Origin: a virus
IMG/VR virus record: IMGVR_UViG_3300047409_000574
Location: 32,001 to 96,000 of that record
Length of the DNA stretch: 64,000 nucleotides
Reading direction: 5' to 3' (one strand)
Shown: in pieces, positions 30,801-37,011 of the stretch
Position numbering within the stretch: the first letter of the stretch is position 1
How the letters are laid out: every line of letters begins with the position of its first letter
Translations under genes and position numbers: made by a program
Notes under the pieces: model-generated
The model's database searches: none
What the model was told of the DNA's origin: nothing
What the model saw: only the letters and a program-made list of their open reading frames with translations

Positions 30801-33800
30801 GGCCGACCAAGCTGGAGATGGTTGTCGAGGACACCGGCGAGAAGGGTGACGCGCCGGTGCGCTACGAGGGCGACTTCCTGGAGCGCCGGGCGCAGCGGGA
30901 TGCGGCTGCTGCCGCCCTGGCGACCGGGGGGCCGGTGCATGCGCCGTCGGAGTTCATCACGTTGCCGAAGTCGGGCAAGCTTCGCGCGCCCGCGATGGAG
31001 GCGCTCGCGGCGCTCGATTCGTTGCTGGTGATTCCGCCGATGCATGGGCCGATTCCGGTGAAGGCGACGGCGGGCAAGAACACGCGGGGTGGCTATGCGC
31101 GCAGGCCGGATGCGGATGCTCCGCGCGCGCCGGTTTGGGAGGGGCCGACGGTGCGTATGACGGGCTTCGGCAAGGGCCGCTCGAACCGTCCGGCGAAGCT
31201 CGCGTCGGAGATCGCGGTTGGTGACGTGATCGTGTTGGCGGCGGGCTACTACGCGCCGGTGACGGCGACGAGCCAGGAGGAGCACGAGATCGGGTTCGGG
31301 CGTGAGCCGGTGATGAAGGCGCATATCACGATCGACCGGGGCGAGGGGGGCAAGCCGAACCTCCAGGAACTCACGTACAAGCCGGACGAGTTGATCCCGT
31401 TCCAGTGGGCACCGGCCGCGGCGGATGTGCCGGAGCATCCGACGTTGTATCCGAAGGAGATCAGGGTGTCGGTCTCGGATGACAGGGACACCGACTCGGC
31501 GCTGGCAACGCTGATTCACGAGATGGGCCACTACATCGACAACCAGGCGTTCCGTAACTACCCGCGGATGGCGGGGTTCGCGACCGACCATGCGGGCTTC
31601 CGTGTGAGGGGGGATGAGAAGGAACGCCGTGAGGCGGTCGAGCGGATGCGCGCTGCGGGCCAGAAGGGCGTCGATCTGTTGGAGCTTTACGATGCGGAGG
31701 AGACACCGTTGTCGGCGTGGTTGGAGGCGGTGCGGGACAGCCCCGAGGCCGAAGGGTTGCGCACCGGCGTGTCGTACGCGGAGGCGGCCACGCACAAGTA
31801 TTTGCTTTCGCCGAAGGAGTTGTGGGCGCGCTCGTTCGCCCAGTGGGTGGCGACCCGTTCCGACAACCCGGCGCTCAAGGCGTGGCTGGTCTCGTTGCAG
31901 AACCAGCCGGACACGCACATCGTGCAGCACAAGCGTTACGACCGGGTGGCGCACGCGAACGTGCTGGTGCCGGTCGAGGAGAAGCGGCCGAACTATCTGC
32001 TGTTGCGCCAGTGGTCGGATGAGAACTTCGTGCCGATCGGCGAGGCGATGGACGTGCTGTTCGAGCGTCTACACTGGTTGCGTGGCGGAGCCGGGAGTGG
32101 ACGAGACGGGGACACCGATCCTGTTGCCGGACGGCTCGTTGGAGGCCGATCCGGTGGAGGAGTTGGTGATCGACATGCTCTGGTCGCCGACGCTCTCGCC
32201 GTCGCCGGACTAGGCGAGAAGGGAGGCTCCGGCCTGCCGGACACGGTGTGGTTGGAGACATCGCCGTCCGATCTCGGGCATGCGCGCATGAAGGATCGGG
32301 TGCCGTGGAGCTACGACCCGGCGAGCGGCCGGTTGTTCATCGGCTCGGGCGGTTCGGATCACACCGAGCTAACGCGGGCGATGCGCGCGCAGGGTCACGA
32401 GATGGGCGACGACGAGTGGAACGGCGTGTGGATGATGGACGGCCCGAGCGTGGGGGTGCATGTGCACTCGAACCTGGGGCCGCCGGACTTCGGCAACCCG
32501 CTGGGTCACGATGAGCCGTTGCCGCCGGTGCTGGCGTCGCGGTTGCGCCAGGCGTTCGGCGGGCCGCTGCACGGGCACGCTGGCGGGGAGAAGGGTGATC
32601 CCGGTGTCGCGTCGCTCAAGGGCGACGGGCCGTTGCCGATGGAGAATGGTCTCTACTACCGCCTACACACGGTGGGTGCGCCGTTCGGGCCGGAGCATGC
32701 GAGCACGGTGCCGCCGATCCCGGAGGAGGTGGCCGCGTCGAGCGAGGTGATGCGTGGACTCGCGACGCCGAAGCCGGGCTACTCGGCGTTCTGGAATCCG
32801 CATCATCTCGTCCAGTACGCGGAGGCGATGAGTTGGGAGCCGACGAAGGTGCGGGTGCTCGCGTTCCGGGGCACACCGATCGGCGAGGGCAGCGATGGTG
32901 AGCCGCGCGTGATGCCGGACTCGACGAAGGTCGAGGCGCGGATGGGCTGGCAGAAGTTCGTGGATCGCACCGACTGGACGCCGAACGGCTACGGGATGTG
33001 GCACGAGCACACGTGGGGCGATGGGCCGGACGGTCGGATCGCCGACGACGGCTACCGCACGCTCGCGCAGCTAGGTGACAAGGGCGACATGACGAACCCG
33101 GAGTTGCTCGGCGGCGCGTGGACGTTGCCGATCACGTACGACCGCGACGGTCTCCACCATGTGGTGCCGATCGACGCGACGATCGCGCCGGACGTGCAGC
33201 GTGCGATCGACCGGGGCTTCACTACGGTGGCGTCGTGTTCGGGCTTGAAGGCCGATCATCCCGAAGGGGCGGGCAACCCGCACGCAGGCCGGTCGGGCGA
33301 CGGCTATCTGGCGTTCCCGTTGGCGGCTCACTCACCGGAGCAGATTGCGGCGATCGAGCACGCCGCGAAGCAGGCTGGGTTTGCTCATCTCTACGCCGAC
33401 GTTTACGGCGAGCCTGGGCTGATGGTCTACACGCCAGACATGAAGCTGCGCCAGCGCGCGTACCGTCAGGCGAACGAGGCGGTTGGGCTGGCCCCGGATG
33501 CCGACCCGCCCTCTGGGGCTGCGTTCAACGAGTGGTATGCAGCACGCGTGGCCGCGTTCAAGAGGCTGGGTGTCGGCCGGGCGACCGACGAGGAGGTCGC
33601 ACCGGCGTGGCGGGAGTTCTTCGACACGCTGAACGGTGCACGCCAGCCGGTGGACTACGCGAGCATCCCGCCGGTGCTCTATCACGCGGCGCGTGACTCG
33701 ACCGCGAGCGGCGGCGGCGATCCGGTGGTGCATGTCGAGGTCGCCCCGGCGGCGGCCGAAGCTGGCGCGCTGATCCAGGCGGGACACGAGCGCGCCGGTG

Positions 33801-34654
33801 TGGTGGAGATCACACGTGACGCGCTCGCGGGGAGCGATCTTATCCGGCTGCCGGACGGTTCGATCCAGGTGCGCGGCAACCCGAACTTCGGCGGCGAGAA
33901 GGGCGACCCGAGCCTGCCGGAGTCCACACGGGTCGAGCCGACCGACGAACTGCTCGCGGAGATCGAGAAGCTCCAGGCGAGCGTCGGCGGGCGCGGCAAG
34001 CTCGGCAGGCAGGGCGACACGGATGATCTGCTCGGCGAGGTGCTGAGTGACATGCGTTACGCGCGACGGCTGCCGGAGTATGCGGCGGCGTACAAGTTCT
34101 ACGAGCGGCGCACACCGGATGGCGGGATCGCCGGGCTGATGGTGCTGGCCGACCCGCCGCTGAACGTGCCGGAGCACCGGCTGCCTTACGGCATGACGTT
34201 GGACAACACGGTTGTGCTCGGGCGGCTGGTGAGTGTGCAGCCGGGCACCGGCACGATCATGCTGCGCGACGCGGCCCGCTACGCGGCCGAGCATGGCAAG
34301 GGGCTGGTGTTGTGGTCGCTGCCGGGCGCGCGCGAGTTCTACCGCAAGGCGGGCATGAGCGAGGAGAAGGACGGCTGGGTTTACAAGGAGTGGTGGACGG
34401 CGGAGCAGGTCGCCGACCACACACGTAGGCTGGTCGAGAGCCTTGACGAACCTGCGGTAGCAACCGCCGCAGGCAGCGCGGACGGGGACAGGGCCGGGGG
34501 GTTCAGTCCCGTCCGCGCGCTACTTGAAACGCTCGGGGTGCCGCCGGAGGAGGAGGAGGAAACACTGGTGAAGCTGCTGCTGCTCGGCGAGGGGCGGGAG
34601 CGGTTCATGCGGGAGTGGTGCGGGGAGGCCGGGGTGGACTTCGCCGTTTTGTGA
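18821..34654 (+). CDS. Giant (5277 aa) MuF-like minor head / polyvalent protein: MuF with intein, 2H phosphoesterase, two zincins, multiple ADP-ribosyltransferase-like modules, Zn-finger/OB module, GNAT
   Basis: Follows the portal; C..HPLMHTGCKC MuF-type motif; LHVTL/PHITL; HEAIH and HEMGH; repeated [LW][YW]H.T/YRG..G[YF]DG motifs; GTGT..L..AREFYRKAG. Confidence 0.85.
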   Translation: MTQPRPSTSSQPPERQPPPGTLPPGEVAAALGVTAGAGAAVVAPAAPGVVVGAVSEAGLLAAMAAIVKAFSVFQRKRRKDEAIWLTVALRRQFPHRTEKQITTLVDDELRREAEFQRKARDRMERDLPKALRISDPVERQAAVQALLDREKRYVDMREEAMAKRASAKAELHDVKEVSPDGAYWKLGDAVTHTLDCHPPGVLVEGPEALASFARPYTGKLLRIMLAGGQELAVTPNHPVLTDAGWKAANTIHEGDCLFCGGRGEGDGLTVDDHQDAPSSIAEVYQALQDAPTSFRATRSIGALDFHGDGMPESEVNVVALGRDLLRDWVEAQVDEPVPEDVFLVRDPMCAGLATVGAREQRRVGRLDSLAGVLADGDGDTPGSSLVRGHSADCQSRRFSDAAYRDSRLEQLALERLARDGKLVGQTLDGLAGLITTDYVVEVVEDDFSGHVYSLSTRGGWYAANGVIVANCMLMAERFWPWVVLDQVHPLMHTGCKCYLVSKREAVERGYMEADFVPDEKDAVATAVANMRRAGHIQEVAWPEEIEQFIEDTLTEADEGASLDGAMIAFYVEPTTAKKLALGGKDTEPPEQLHVTLKFLGDDASKIKNRAKIERVLAEFAAGEKPLVGKVAGLGEFKAPSGGKEGTVKPVFAKPDVSGLSAFHDRLIDALGKLVREDDYDSYVPHITLAYVPKSKPLGEVEKPPALPLRFEEITLAWGGEKKSWKLGAKLQEARWERRFPKGSEHAGEFMPKAATAIRRTVRAALKDLVPAKPVPLLQERGKPQGRHVWLRGRFVFVPRRKAWNRKLDHVHFHSPAQSTNIYRNGNLVQIEGQPAPPHHHDLNPPTGADIRNIPGTAEYDPGHPDKGDPGKRSARSQGRTREQEIGSLESLLRDPELPRDDRIRYSAKLAELRGDHKLAASLRARLGDKGGVHDAPDLSDEAVVALREKIVQARAPEMDEVNARVERALAEQDFNVKPILDGDSMPIVSEVLEAHGFAAGGVWQDHAKKPLSEWGTDTSVSFFHPASGARVTVWWRMGEFRVRHEVWGQGRKNWDHPPEPDDHSPRDWEEFADEVRGVAFRLAHENGASPNVGEVEHDPTVSDHGGFHNSYTGLIRLGEDSTDVLDLAALRTGTTYDRRPSPEVLQGVWASYKVGVHEAIHGAGNGIGNEYQVASHKSVEEALTEELAHIETVKLLRAHGATDVLEWYRAHPFDYRSLGTYWPHRRAIDTILNQAGIAPELREDYLRNLRWNVKPFLRIETLVDAVVAGPNPHNKDRDKTHHWVTDLLTRAEETGYGGDKFVPILRPDLRDMAGPDGVMWNGRRIRVGSIVQIETGRREKGRWKKVLVDAEVLKVGQAAQPPFLFKLDVRTSDGKHQHNVMNTQVKGVHATPESVEPPSIVLGDAQQDSAGKWAGEGARVRVLTGPRMGVEANVVSARYGSPGILLLDHGGEVGTLETTTQFTAPLENLEVVQESEPPQKITVGDLIRYDGRADGGLSEARVTGIEKWGSGDRAGFSIEAITTENSLKPDTQVTLTQERMTTVQAVPEEPPVAMPENWPSLAAVAVAADPGAVPPEARTAEERQAHGERLARVREEFANGVHAKWGERGMGTRRTNTVTPMGTWRRLAPDKIAAGDHVRFTSTGPVAPAFDSEGTKRSFFVKTVVSSAKGRAVVTDITGVEYTITSAQRPTKEHLKTGYHDLLLRLAKAKGYLASHTDPMYAIYDHQDDVHKVLTGLVTNQEGSLQSRREVAVRVQGDSFAAVLAAGRIQNGHEDGSLLPVRWKDRPGEGGYGARRWEWEQRAFSIPEGAPAADHPIYGYVATPNESLDRSIAKAFGEVKVTLKDTVRPRTTVTYSDSNYIGVPTGDAMPSPINRPQEHSVVPWQHEGFGWVRKPVVEMGDRPRPYPPFTPREEALIRQAGHTWGASDPKEMEANREAKRREVARAKGWEPWAHGDFIEAQIHGGIGLDDVARVDFPASLESVPPEWTAELDRLGIPWAHQPVDDAGAGEKGDAPGGYPKSSPESLEMPAGTTLWHTTPAYSEDAVRAEGFRASPHGESGPGIYMTDDPTFRDRMTRYEELSGRGGAERVAITAITTRPLRLLDRQTPEGEALLRKIQQDASASGEGAQPGTLTGLRAAGFDGVRYDSFGDMEVVIHDPTALAIVGGEKGDVQEPWQVPKLEFAPKPDYPKEVFDAYIARTLPQAKNDEVADAWNTLREREQEWDASMRRALSLGQITLPDAKALGYYPMGHEQESEYVKGTGWQPLPPVLYHVTTAASAVRAMGLKTRAELEMDNGVGLGAGDDATISFTADLPTAVGIERAIREAVEVLAGRVTLDEIIERAKTGSDAQRPYYNEWAESRSGPNGEEPKFLEWMRRGRKIDTSFQGALLPTLAGWREALGVEDVEGVGEPYMGAKDGVPRFASVTRPMTEEERQHAVWDVWRELAMSRENIGGGPIDPMFMSTDTAALARVDPNEIATLTVHPKPGAQGYPMSGLGEWRTATGDAVQVVGLGEKGDPPVGPPGPRAEAVQLTPEEFAAHPRTWWHGTKFGKLADSVETSGQGFHIGTYEAAREAVAAQTGDDPGPRGDPQALALGVFSRYMVEPQAQADGSYTFDYQTAPGKAWNRDYGTMRVRFEGDWIVADSTPGPAVETGTRTVQSATGPMELPAYEPFEPWLRTASRRSWLGARYNGVELLPPGKRPYTDAGVLAGPNAPSEPLEGMKMVPVWIVGEMTNTPRDPRKDGAANARMTSLLKRGQARRGWFYENDSEDAGSVSAALPSRAHVRTHEDFVREAVQSGEPVPAHVLASYPALGEKGDVPLDSLNPTDGVFADYTPAERASAPLGGALTTLDKTMAVDPETPVTIYRGAPAHQREIAPGDFVTTNLQLARDYGGGHVIEKQVPASHVLDDSSEPLGEEYIYRPPPITGRPFEATMYHGTLLRNRPSILRHGLRPDPDTNDVWLTDNEKNARSYTDRTMMGARGAVVTARVRLENPFVIDRTGANADRDLWKLLEPEGIKDGDAFWGDALRARGYDGIIHRGDEGTDVEVFGDHAGQVSVLGAEKSSGEKGGGSLGEHDHVNQGYWSEDNPLFFPEHPAVQLQDGREQAFWKATYYPRMDDFDFWLANEKGMPHHDEVRSNRDPFESRGASIDVAGYGPDWTPDKHYAEWIREVADNIASGSTPEELGYLYADEVPPHDELVQEVYDDLVGRIRQRVRGYRRDMNDAVAMASGEKGDRPYSVVPDVPPGDKGDVGPPRVYAPFDPAAIGLNEKDSAGKLYTWHGEMQRATGQHVRGNPIAPNDPRIPPVLYHATTNLPAVLDDGYLRGRGEGGLGGDDTDRIVSLTTDAQTAVQIAADLHFLGRLGREFPVMPAYSETKVPIEASDPEWMQSLDSKTLIGDERVETNQRIVEMLVAQAKSEGWEFGSAATKGDGGPSWKTYDLGDWLNQYFHERRSQIGVQNPIVFNTTETARSIDPDKVGVVVVDKAALDNGAVLTDFDLSRDFGLSEIRSYGDVRVTGPIRDSLLVGYGAPGLATGEKGGTPDTVEPHIVAAYEARKALHELLYRRNGIEHQDTPEWRAADEAVQAGERVTAEAERVAGGRVFRLREDQLHQANKKINDLARRAAKLGLAEPRIVPMGDEFHPVMKDGQPTGDLAKLSYIRVEGEEPKIAGWEFLATLQHLGGVNVVRRVPGNDEGISLEQYHHGDAVCDYCKTKRDRKDTFIVRNVESGLTQQIGRSCLKDFLGHGDPTAIAAYLERWRAMDDLGSLGDDDGEGGGRVKTYLPLDDYLTHVATMLRTQGWSPRSGTGFATADAARENHYNFVRKNNDQRGRPMYEVPTAEDEQRAKDALDWVRTTLAPKQNKSEFEHNMAAMTSGSHVPERGEGIVAYVPVAHAKALEKEIVLQREQTARGTSEHLGTVKERLKLRLTVEAVFEREGDYGVTYITRMADPDGNIVKWFGSYPLEQGKTYEGMWGVKKHDEYKGGKETVVTRPTKLEMVVEDTGEKGDAPVRYEGDFLERRAQRDAAAAALATGGPVHAPSEFITLPKSGKLRAPAMEALAALDSLLVIPPMHGPIPVKATAGKNTRGGYARRPDADAPRAPVWEGPTVRMTGFGKGRSNRPAKLASEIAVGDVIVLAAGYYAPVTATSQEEHEIGFGREPVMKAHITIDRGEGGKPNLQELTYKPDELIPFQWAPAAADVPEHPTLYPKEIRVSVSDDRDTDSALATLIHEMGHYIDNQAFRNYPRMAGFATDHAGFRVRGDEKERREAVERMRAAGQKGVDLLELYDAEETPLSAWLEAVRDSPEAEGLRTGVSYAEAATHKYLLSPKELWARSFAQWVATRSDNPALKAWLVSLQNQPDTHIVQHKRYDRVAHANVLVPVEEKRPNYLLLRQWSDENFVPIGEAMDVLFERLHWLRGGAGSGRDGDTDPVAGRLVGGRSGGGVGDRHALVADALAVAGLGEKGGSGLPDTVWLETSPSDLGHARMKDRVPWSYDPASGRLFIGSGGSDHTELTRAMRAQGHEMGDDEWNGVWMMDGPSVGVHVHSNLGPPDFGNPLGHDEPLPPVLASRLRQAFGGPLHGHAGGEKGDPGVASLKGDGPLPMENGLYYRLHTVGAPFGPEHASTVPPIPEEVAASSEVMRGLATPKPGYSAFWNPHHLVQYAEAMSWEPTKVRVLAFRGTPIGEGSDGEPRVMPDSTKVEARMGWQKFVDRTDWTPNGYGMWHEHTWGDGPDGRIADDGYRTLAQLGDKGDMTNPELLGGAWTLPITYDRDGLHHVVPIDATIAPDVQRAIDRGFTTVASCSGLKADHPEGAGNPHAGRSGDGYLAFPLAAHSPEQIAAIEHAAKQAGFAHLYADVYGEPGLMVYTPDMKLRQRAYRQANEAVGLAPDADPPSGAAFNEWYAARVAAFKRLGVGRATDEEVAPAWREFFDTLNGARQPVDYASIPPVLYHAARDSTASGGGDPVVHVEVAPAAAEAGALIQAGHERAGVVEITRDALAGSDLIRLPDGSIQVRGNPNFGGEKGDPSLPESTRVEPTDELLAEIEKLQASVGGRGKLGRQGDTDDLLGEVLSDMRYARRLPEYAAAYKFYERRTPDGGIAGLMVLADPPLNVPEHRLPYGMTLDNTVVLGRLVSVQPGTGTIMLRDAARYAAEHGKGLVLWSLPGAREFYRKAGMSEEKDGWVYKEWWTAEQVADHTRRLVESLDEPAVATAAGSADGDRAGGFSPVRALLETLGVPPEEEEETLVKLLLLGEGRERFMREWCGEAGVDFAVL
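19406..20230 (+). mobile_element. Intein (275 aa) in the MuF domain, with no in-frame endonuclease motif
   Basis: Starts CHPPGVLV; block B VTPNHPVLTDAGW; block F/G GHVYSLST.GGWY.ANGVIVAN followed by +1 Cys. Confidence 0.85.
19424..20170 (-). CDS. Antisense HTH plus Vsr/DUF559-like PD-(D/E)xK endonuclease nested in the intein
   Basis: IVRRYETGESVKRLADELSISRKAL..L..AGVTIR HTH; EE.F..WL..LG..PQ..RYNVDF..VAVEIE..LRDAGWRILMV; GAAAGG SD 8 nt upstream. Confidence 0.7.
   Translation of the reverse strand: MTREIVLDNLDDIVRRYETGESVKRLADELSISRKALKGKLLKAGVTIRGVREATTLAVGRMTPDERATWRVAVAVGQHARKGIKPSDAALLARANGRQASAHWITNEEHIFGDWLIDLGFDPVPQQVAAERYNVDFGLGHAVAVEIERTDTACGPKARRRVLKRLIHLRDAGWRILMVVHCEAVPLAPAAAEQAVAFMDRVRGLPPGVGQYRVVWGDGKLLSTGEHDAEELSRIWPGKGRQRLRPLD
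21410..33907 (+). repeat. Dispersed in-frame G-[ED]-K-G-[DG] inter-domain linker (15 copies including one PDKGD)
   Basis: Copies start at 21410, 21599, 24845, 25319, 26360, 27263, 28022, 28517, 28565, 29432, 30836, 32213, 32585, 33074, 33893. Confidence 0.9.
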
Positions 34655-34656
34655 CC

Positions 34657-34780
34657 GGTCAACTCTCTTGCCCTGGGTGCGCCCATTGGGGCAACAGAAT
34701 CGGCGAGTGTATGCGACACTTCCGAGGTTGATGTTCTCGCCGGTGCGCACCCATGCCTGATCGCCGCCAAGAGGCTGATC
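34657..34780 (+). ncRNA. Candidate structured RNA / long nested stem-loop after the giant gene
   Basis: Nested pairings CTCTTG/CAAGAG, TGGGTGCGC/GCGCACCCA, ATCGGCGAG/CTCGCCGGT. Confidence 0.35.
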
Positions 34781-34841
34781 GCCGTAAGGAGGTTCGTCGT
34801 AAAGCCGAGCGCAGGGCGGCGCTGCTCCCTCCTACCAGCCC

Positions 34842-35543
34842 ATGAGCGCGGTGGAATCACTCCGACCTGAGACGGCTATCGACGCGATGCTGCGCGAGCT
34901 TCTCGCCCGGCCTGACCCGACGACCGCCGCAGAGAACGCTGTCAACAAGGCTGTCGCGGCCGAGCGCGACTATGTGGACGGCAAGATCGAGGTTCTGGAG
35001 GAGCGGCTGGCCGGAATCGACGAGGCAACAAAGTTGCGACTCGGCGGGATCATTGAAATCCCGCATGCGATCGACGAGAAGGTCGGCAACCTCAAGGATG
35101 TGACGTTCGAGAAGTTTGCTTCGGTCGCGACTCAGTTCGCCGAGCGCGACACTCGTTCTGAGCGTGAGTCGCGCGACAACAAGATTGCTGTAGACGCAGC
35201 TTTCGCCGCTCAGAAGGAGATTGCTGCGAAGGTCGATGAGGCGAACTCGAAGCGGATTGACAAGTCCGAGCAGGCGACGGAGAAGATCATCGACGCGCTC
35301 GGCGACAAGATCGACGACTTGAAGGAACGGCTGGCTCGGGTCGAGTCGTCGAAGCAGGGTGCGACCGAGCAGCGGCAGGAGTCGCGGGCGAATATTTCGA
35401 CGAGCACGGCGATCCTGGGTGGGATCGCGGCGGTGTTCGCGTTGCTCGCGTTGCTTGGTGGCGGCTACGCGTTCTCGAAGGCGGGCGGCACCCAGCAGCA
35501 GCCGGTAGTGGTTCTGCCTGCTCAGACGGCGACGACTCCGTAA
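34842..35543 (+). CDS. Coiled-coil protein with C-terminal TM helix
   Basis: Long heptad region (AVDAAFAAQKE..IDDLKERLARVE) then a hydrophobic segment. Confidence 0.65.
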   Translation: MSAVESLRPETAIDAMLRELLARPDPTTAAENAVNKAVAAERDYVDGKIEVLEERLAGIDEATKLRLGGIIEIPHAIDEKVGNLKDVTFEKFASVATQFAERDTRSERESRDNKIAVDAAFAAQKEIAAKVDEANSKRIDKSEQATEKIIDALGDKIDDLKERLARVESSKQGATEQRQESRANISTSTAILGGIAAVFALLALLGGGYAFSKAGGTQQQPVVVLPAQTATTP

Positions 35544-35553
35544 GCTCCGGCGC

Positions 35554-35877
35554 ATGAGCGGGGCCGCATCTGACCAGTCAATGGTCGCCGAAGTTTCGAC
35601 TGGACTGACGGAGGACGAACGTTCTCGCGTGCGCAAGGAGGGTTACGACGAGGGCTGGCGGGACGGCTGCGACTACACTCTCGCGAAGTTCGAGGAGGTC
35701 AGGCTGGCGCAGCTAGCGGACGGTGAACGGCGGGTCGCGGCGATCGAGGAGGGCGCGGAACGCTCCTCGCATAAGTTCGACCGGGAACTGGAGGCGTTGT
35801 CGCGCGACATGGTCTCTGCTCACAACGAGGGGCTGCACAACGAGACTCCGCGAAGGACGTGTCCGTTGTGCCGGTGA
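35554..35877 (+). CDS. Hypothetical protein
   Basis: GYDEGW motif, C-terminal H..H..CPLC. Confidence 0.5.
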   Translation: MSGAASDQSMVAEVSTGLTEDERSRVRKEGYDEGWRDGCDYTLAKFEEVRLAQLADGERRVAAIEEGAERSSHKFDRELEALSRDMVSAHNEGLHNETPRRTCPLCR

Positions 35878-36195
35878 GCGCGCATGAGAGTCTCGGCCCC
35901 GGCGTGCCGATGACACTCTGGCGGCGGAAGCGCTGGTGGCTGGGTGGGCGGCATCTGCCGTGGGGTTTGCACATCGGGGGGCTGCATGTCACCTGGTACG
36001 ACGCTTGGCTCGGCCGGTGTACCACTGACGAACTTGTGACGTTCGTCGCGCGTGAACATCGACGTTAGGGTGGCTTCGGGCGGCCCTGGCCTCTGGGCGA
36101 GTGCACGGGGTCGCCCGCTTCGCATAGAGTCGGGCTGCTGCCCGGACGGGTCAGCCCGAGATGGCGGCGGATGCGCGCCTGGTTAGGAGTACGTC

Positions 36196-36894
36196 ATGCA
36201 GGTGGACTACACCGATCTCGCGATGGTGTCGCGGATCAGGGTCGAGGTTCGCGGCGGGTCGATGGAGGCGGCGGAGAAGGTCGCGTTCCTGGTGCTCGAA
36301 CACGCCCGGCAGGCTGGCTACCTGGAGGGTGTCGTGCCCGACGGCGGAGAGTGGAGCGACCACTTCTTCAACGCGCCGAACATGACCCGCAAGTCCGGGG
36401 AGGGGCCGGAGCCGTGGACGGAACTGGGAATGCTTTACGCCGGTCGGCTGGCGTTCACGTTCCAGCCGATGGTCGCGTCGGGCGGGTTGCGCCAGTACGG
36501 GTACACGGTCGAGCCGGGCGGCGAGCATGCTCCGATCCCCCCGCACGGCGAGCACGGGTTCATCGTGCTGGATCGACAGCGGCCGGTGACGCGGGAGAAC
36601 TCGTGGGACGGGCTGCCGCCGTGGCAGCCGCCTGATGGCACGGTTGCGGAGACGGGGGAGGATGTGCTCGACGACATTCGCAAGCGCCCCGATGTGATCG
36701 AGGTGTCGGCGAGCATGAGCGTGCAGCGCGCGAGCGGAGGGGTGTGGGTGGTCGGGGTGGTGTTCGATGCACGCCCGCCGGTCAATGGACGCGGGGAGAC
36801 GCTGCTCGATGCGGCTCTCGATGCTCTTGCCAGGTGCTCGGAGCCGCTGGAAGGCGCGCAGAAGGTTGCGGCCGAACGAATCGCTGGGATTTAG
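36196..36894 (+). CDS. Hypothetical protein
   Basis: AGGAG SD, typical codon usage. Confidence 0.6.
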   Translation: MQVDYTDLAMVSRIRVEVRGGSMEAAEKVAFLVLEHARQAGYLEGVVPDGGEWSDHFFNAPNMTRKSGEGPEPWTELGMLYAGRLAFTFQPMVASGGLRQYGYTVEPGGEHAPIPPHGEHGFIVLDRQRPVTRENSWDGLPPWQPPDGTVAETGEDVLDDIRKRPDVIEVSASMSVQRASGGVWVVGVVFDARPPVNGRGETLLDAALDALARCSEPLEGAQKVAAERIAGI

Positions 36895-36905
36895 GGTAGA
36901 GAGAC

Positions 36906-36944
36906 CGGGCGGCGGGCGACCCCCTTTTCACGGCCCGCCGCCCG
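36906..36944. terminator. GC-rich inverted repeat (terminator-like)
   Basis: CGGGCGGCGGGC..GCCCGCCGCCCG 12-bp stem. Confidence 0.45.
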
Positions 36945-37011
36945 TTGCAGGGGCTTGCAGGTTGCAACGCTGGTGGCTATCGTTCGAGTTCCGACCTTGA
37001 GAGGTAGAGAG

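Noticed and set aside
25991-31954. 1987-aa minus-strand ORF (also 23000-25639, 20270-22144, 41863-43443 and similar)
   Set aside because: Codon-aligned antisense shadows of GC-rich + strand genes; Arg/His/Val-rich with no motifs, unlike 19424-20170
21410-33907. GEKGD as a collagen-like repeat or an integron/CRISPR-type DNA repeat
   Set aside because: The motifs are isolated rather than (Gly-X-Y)n, are irregularly spaced by up to thousands of nt, are non-palindromic and vary at synonymous positions
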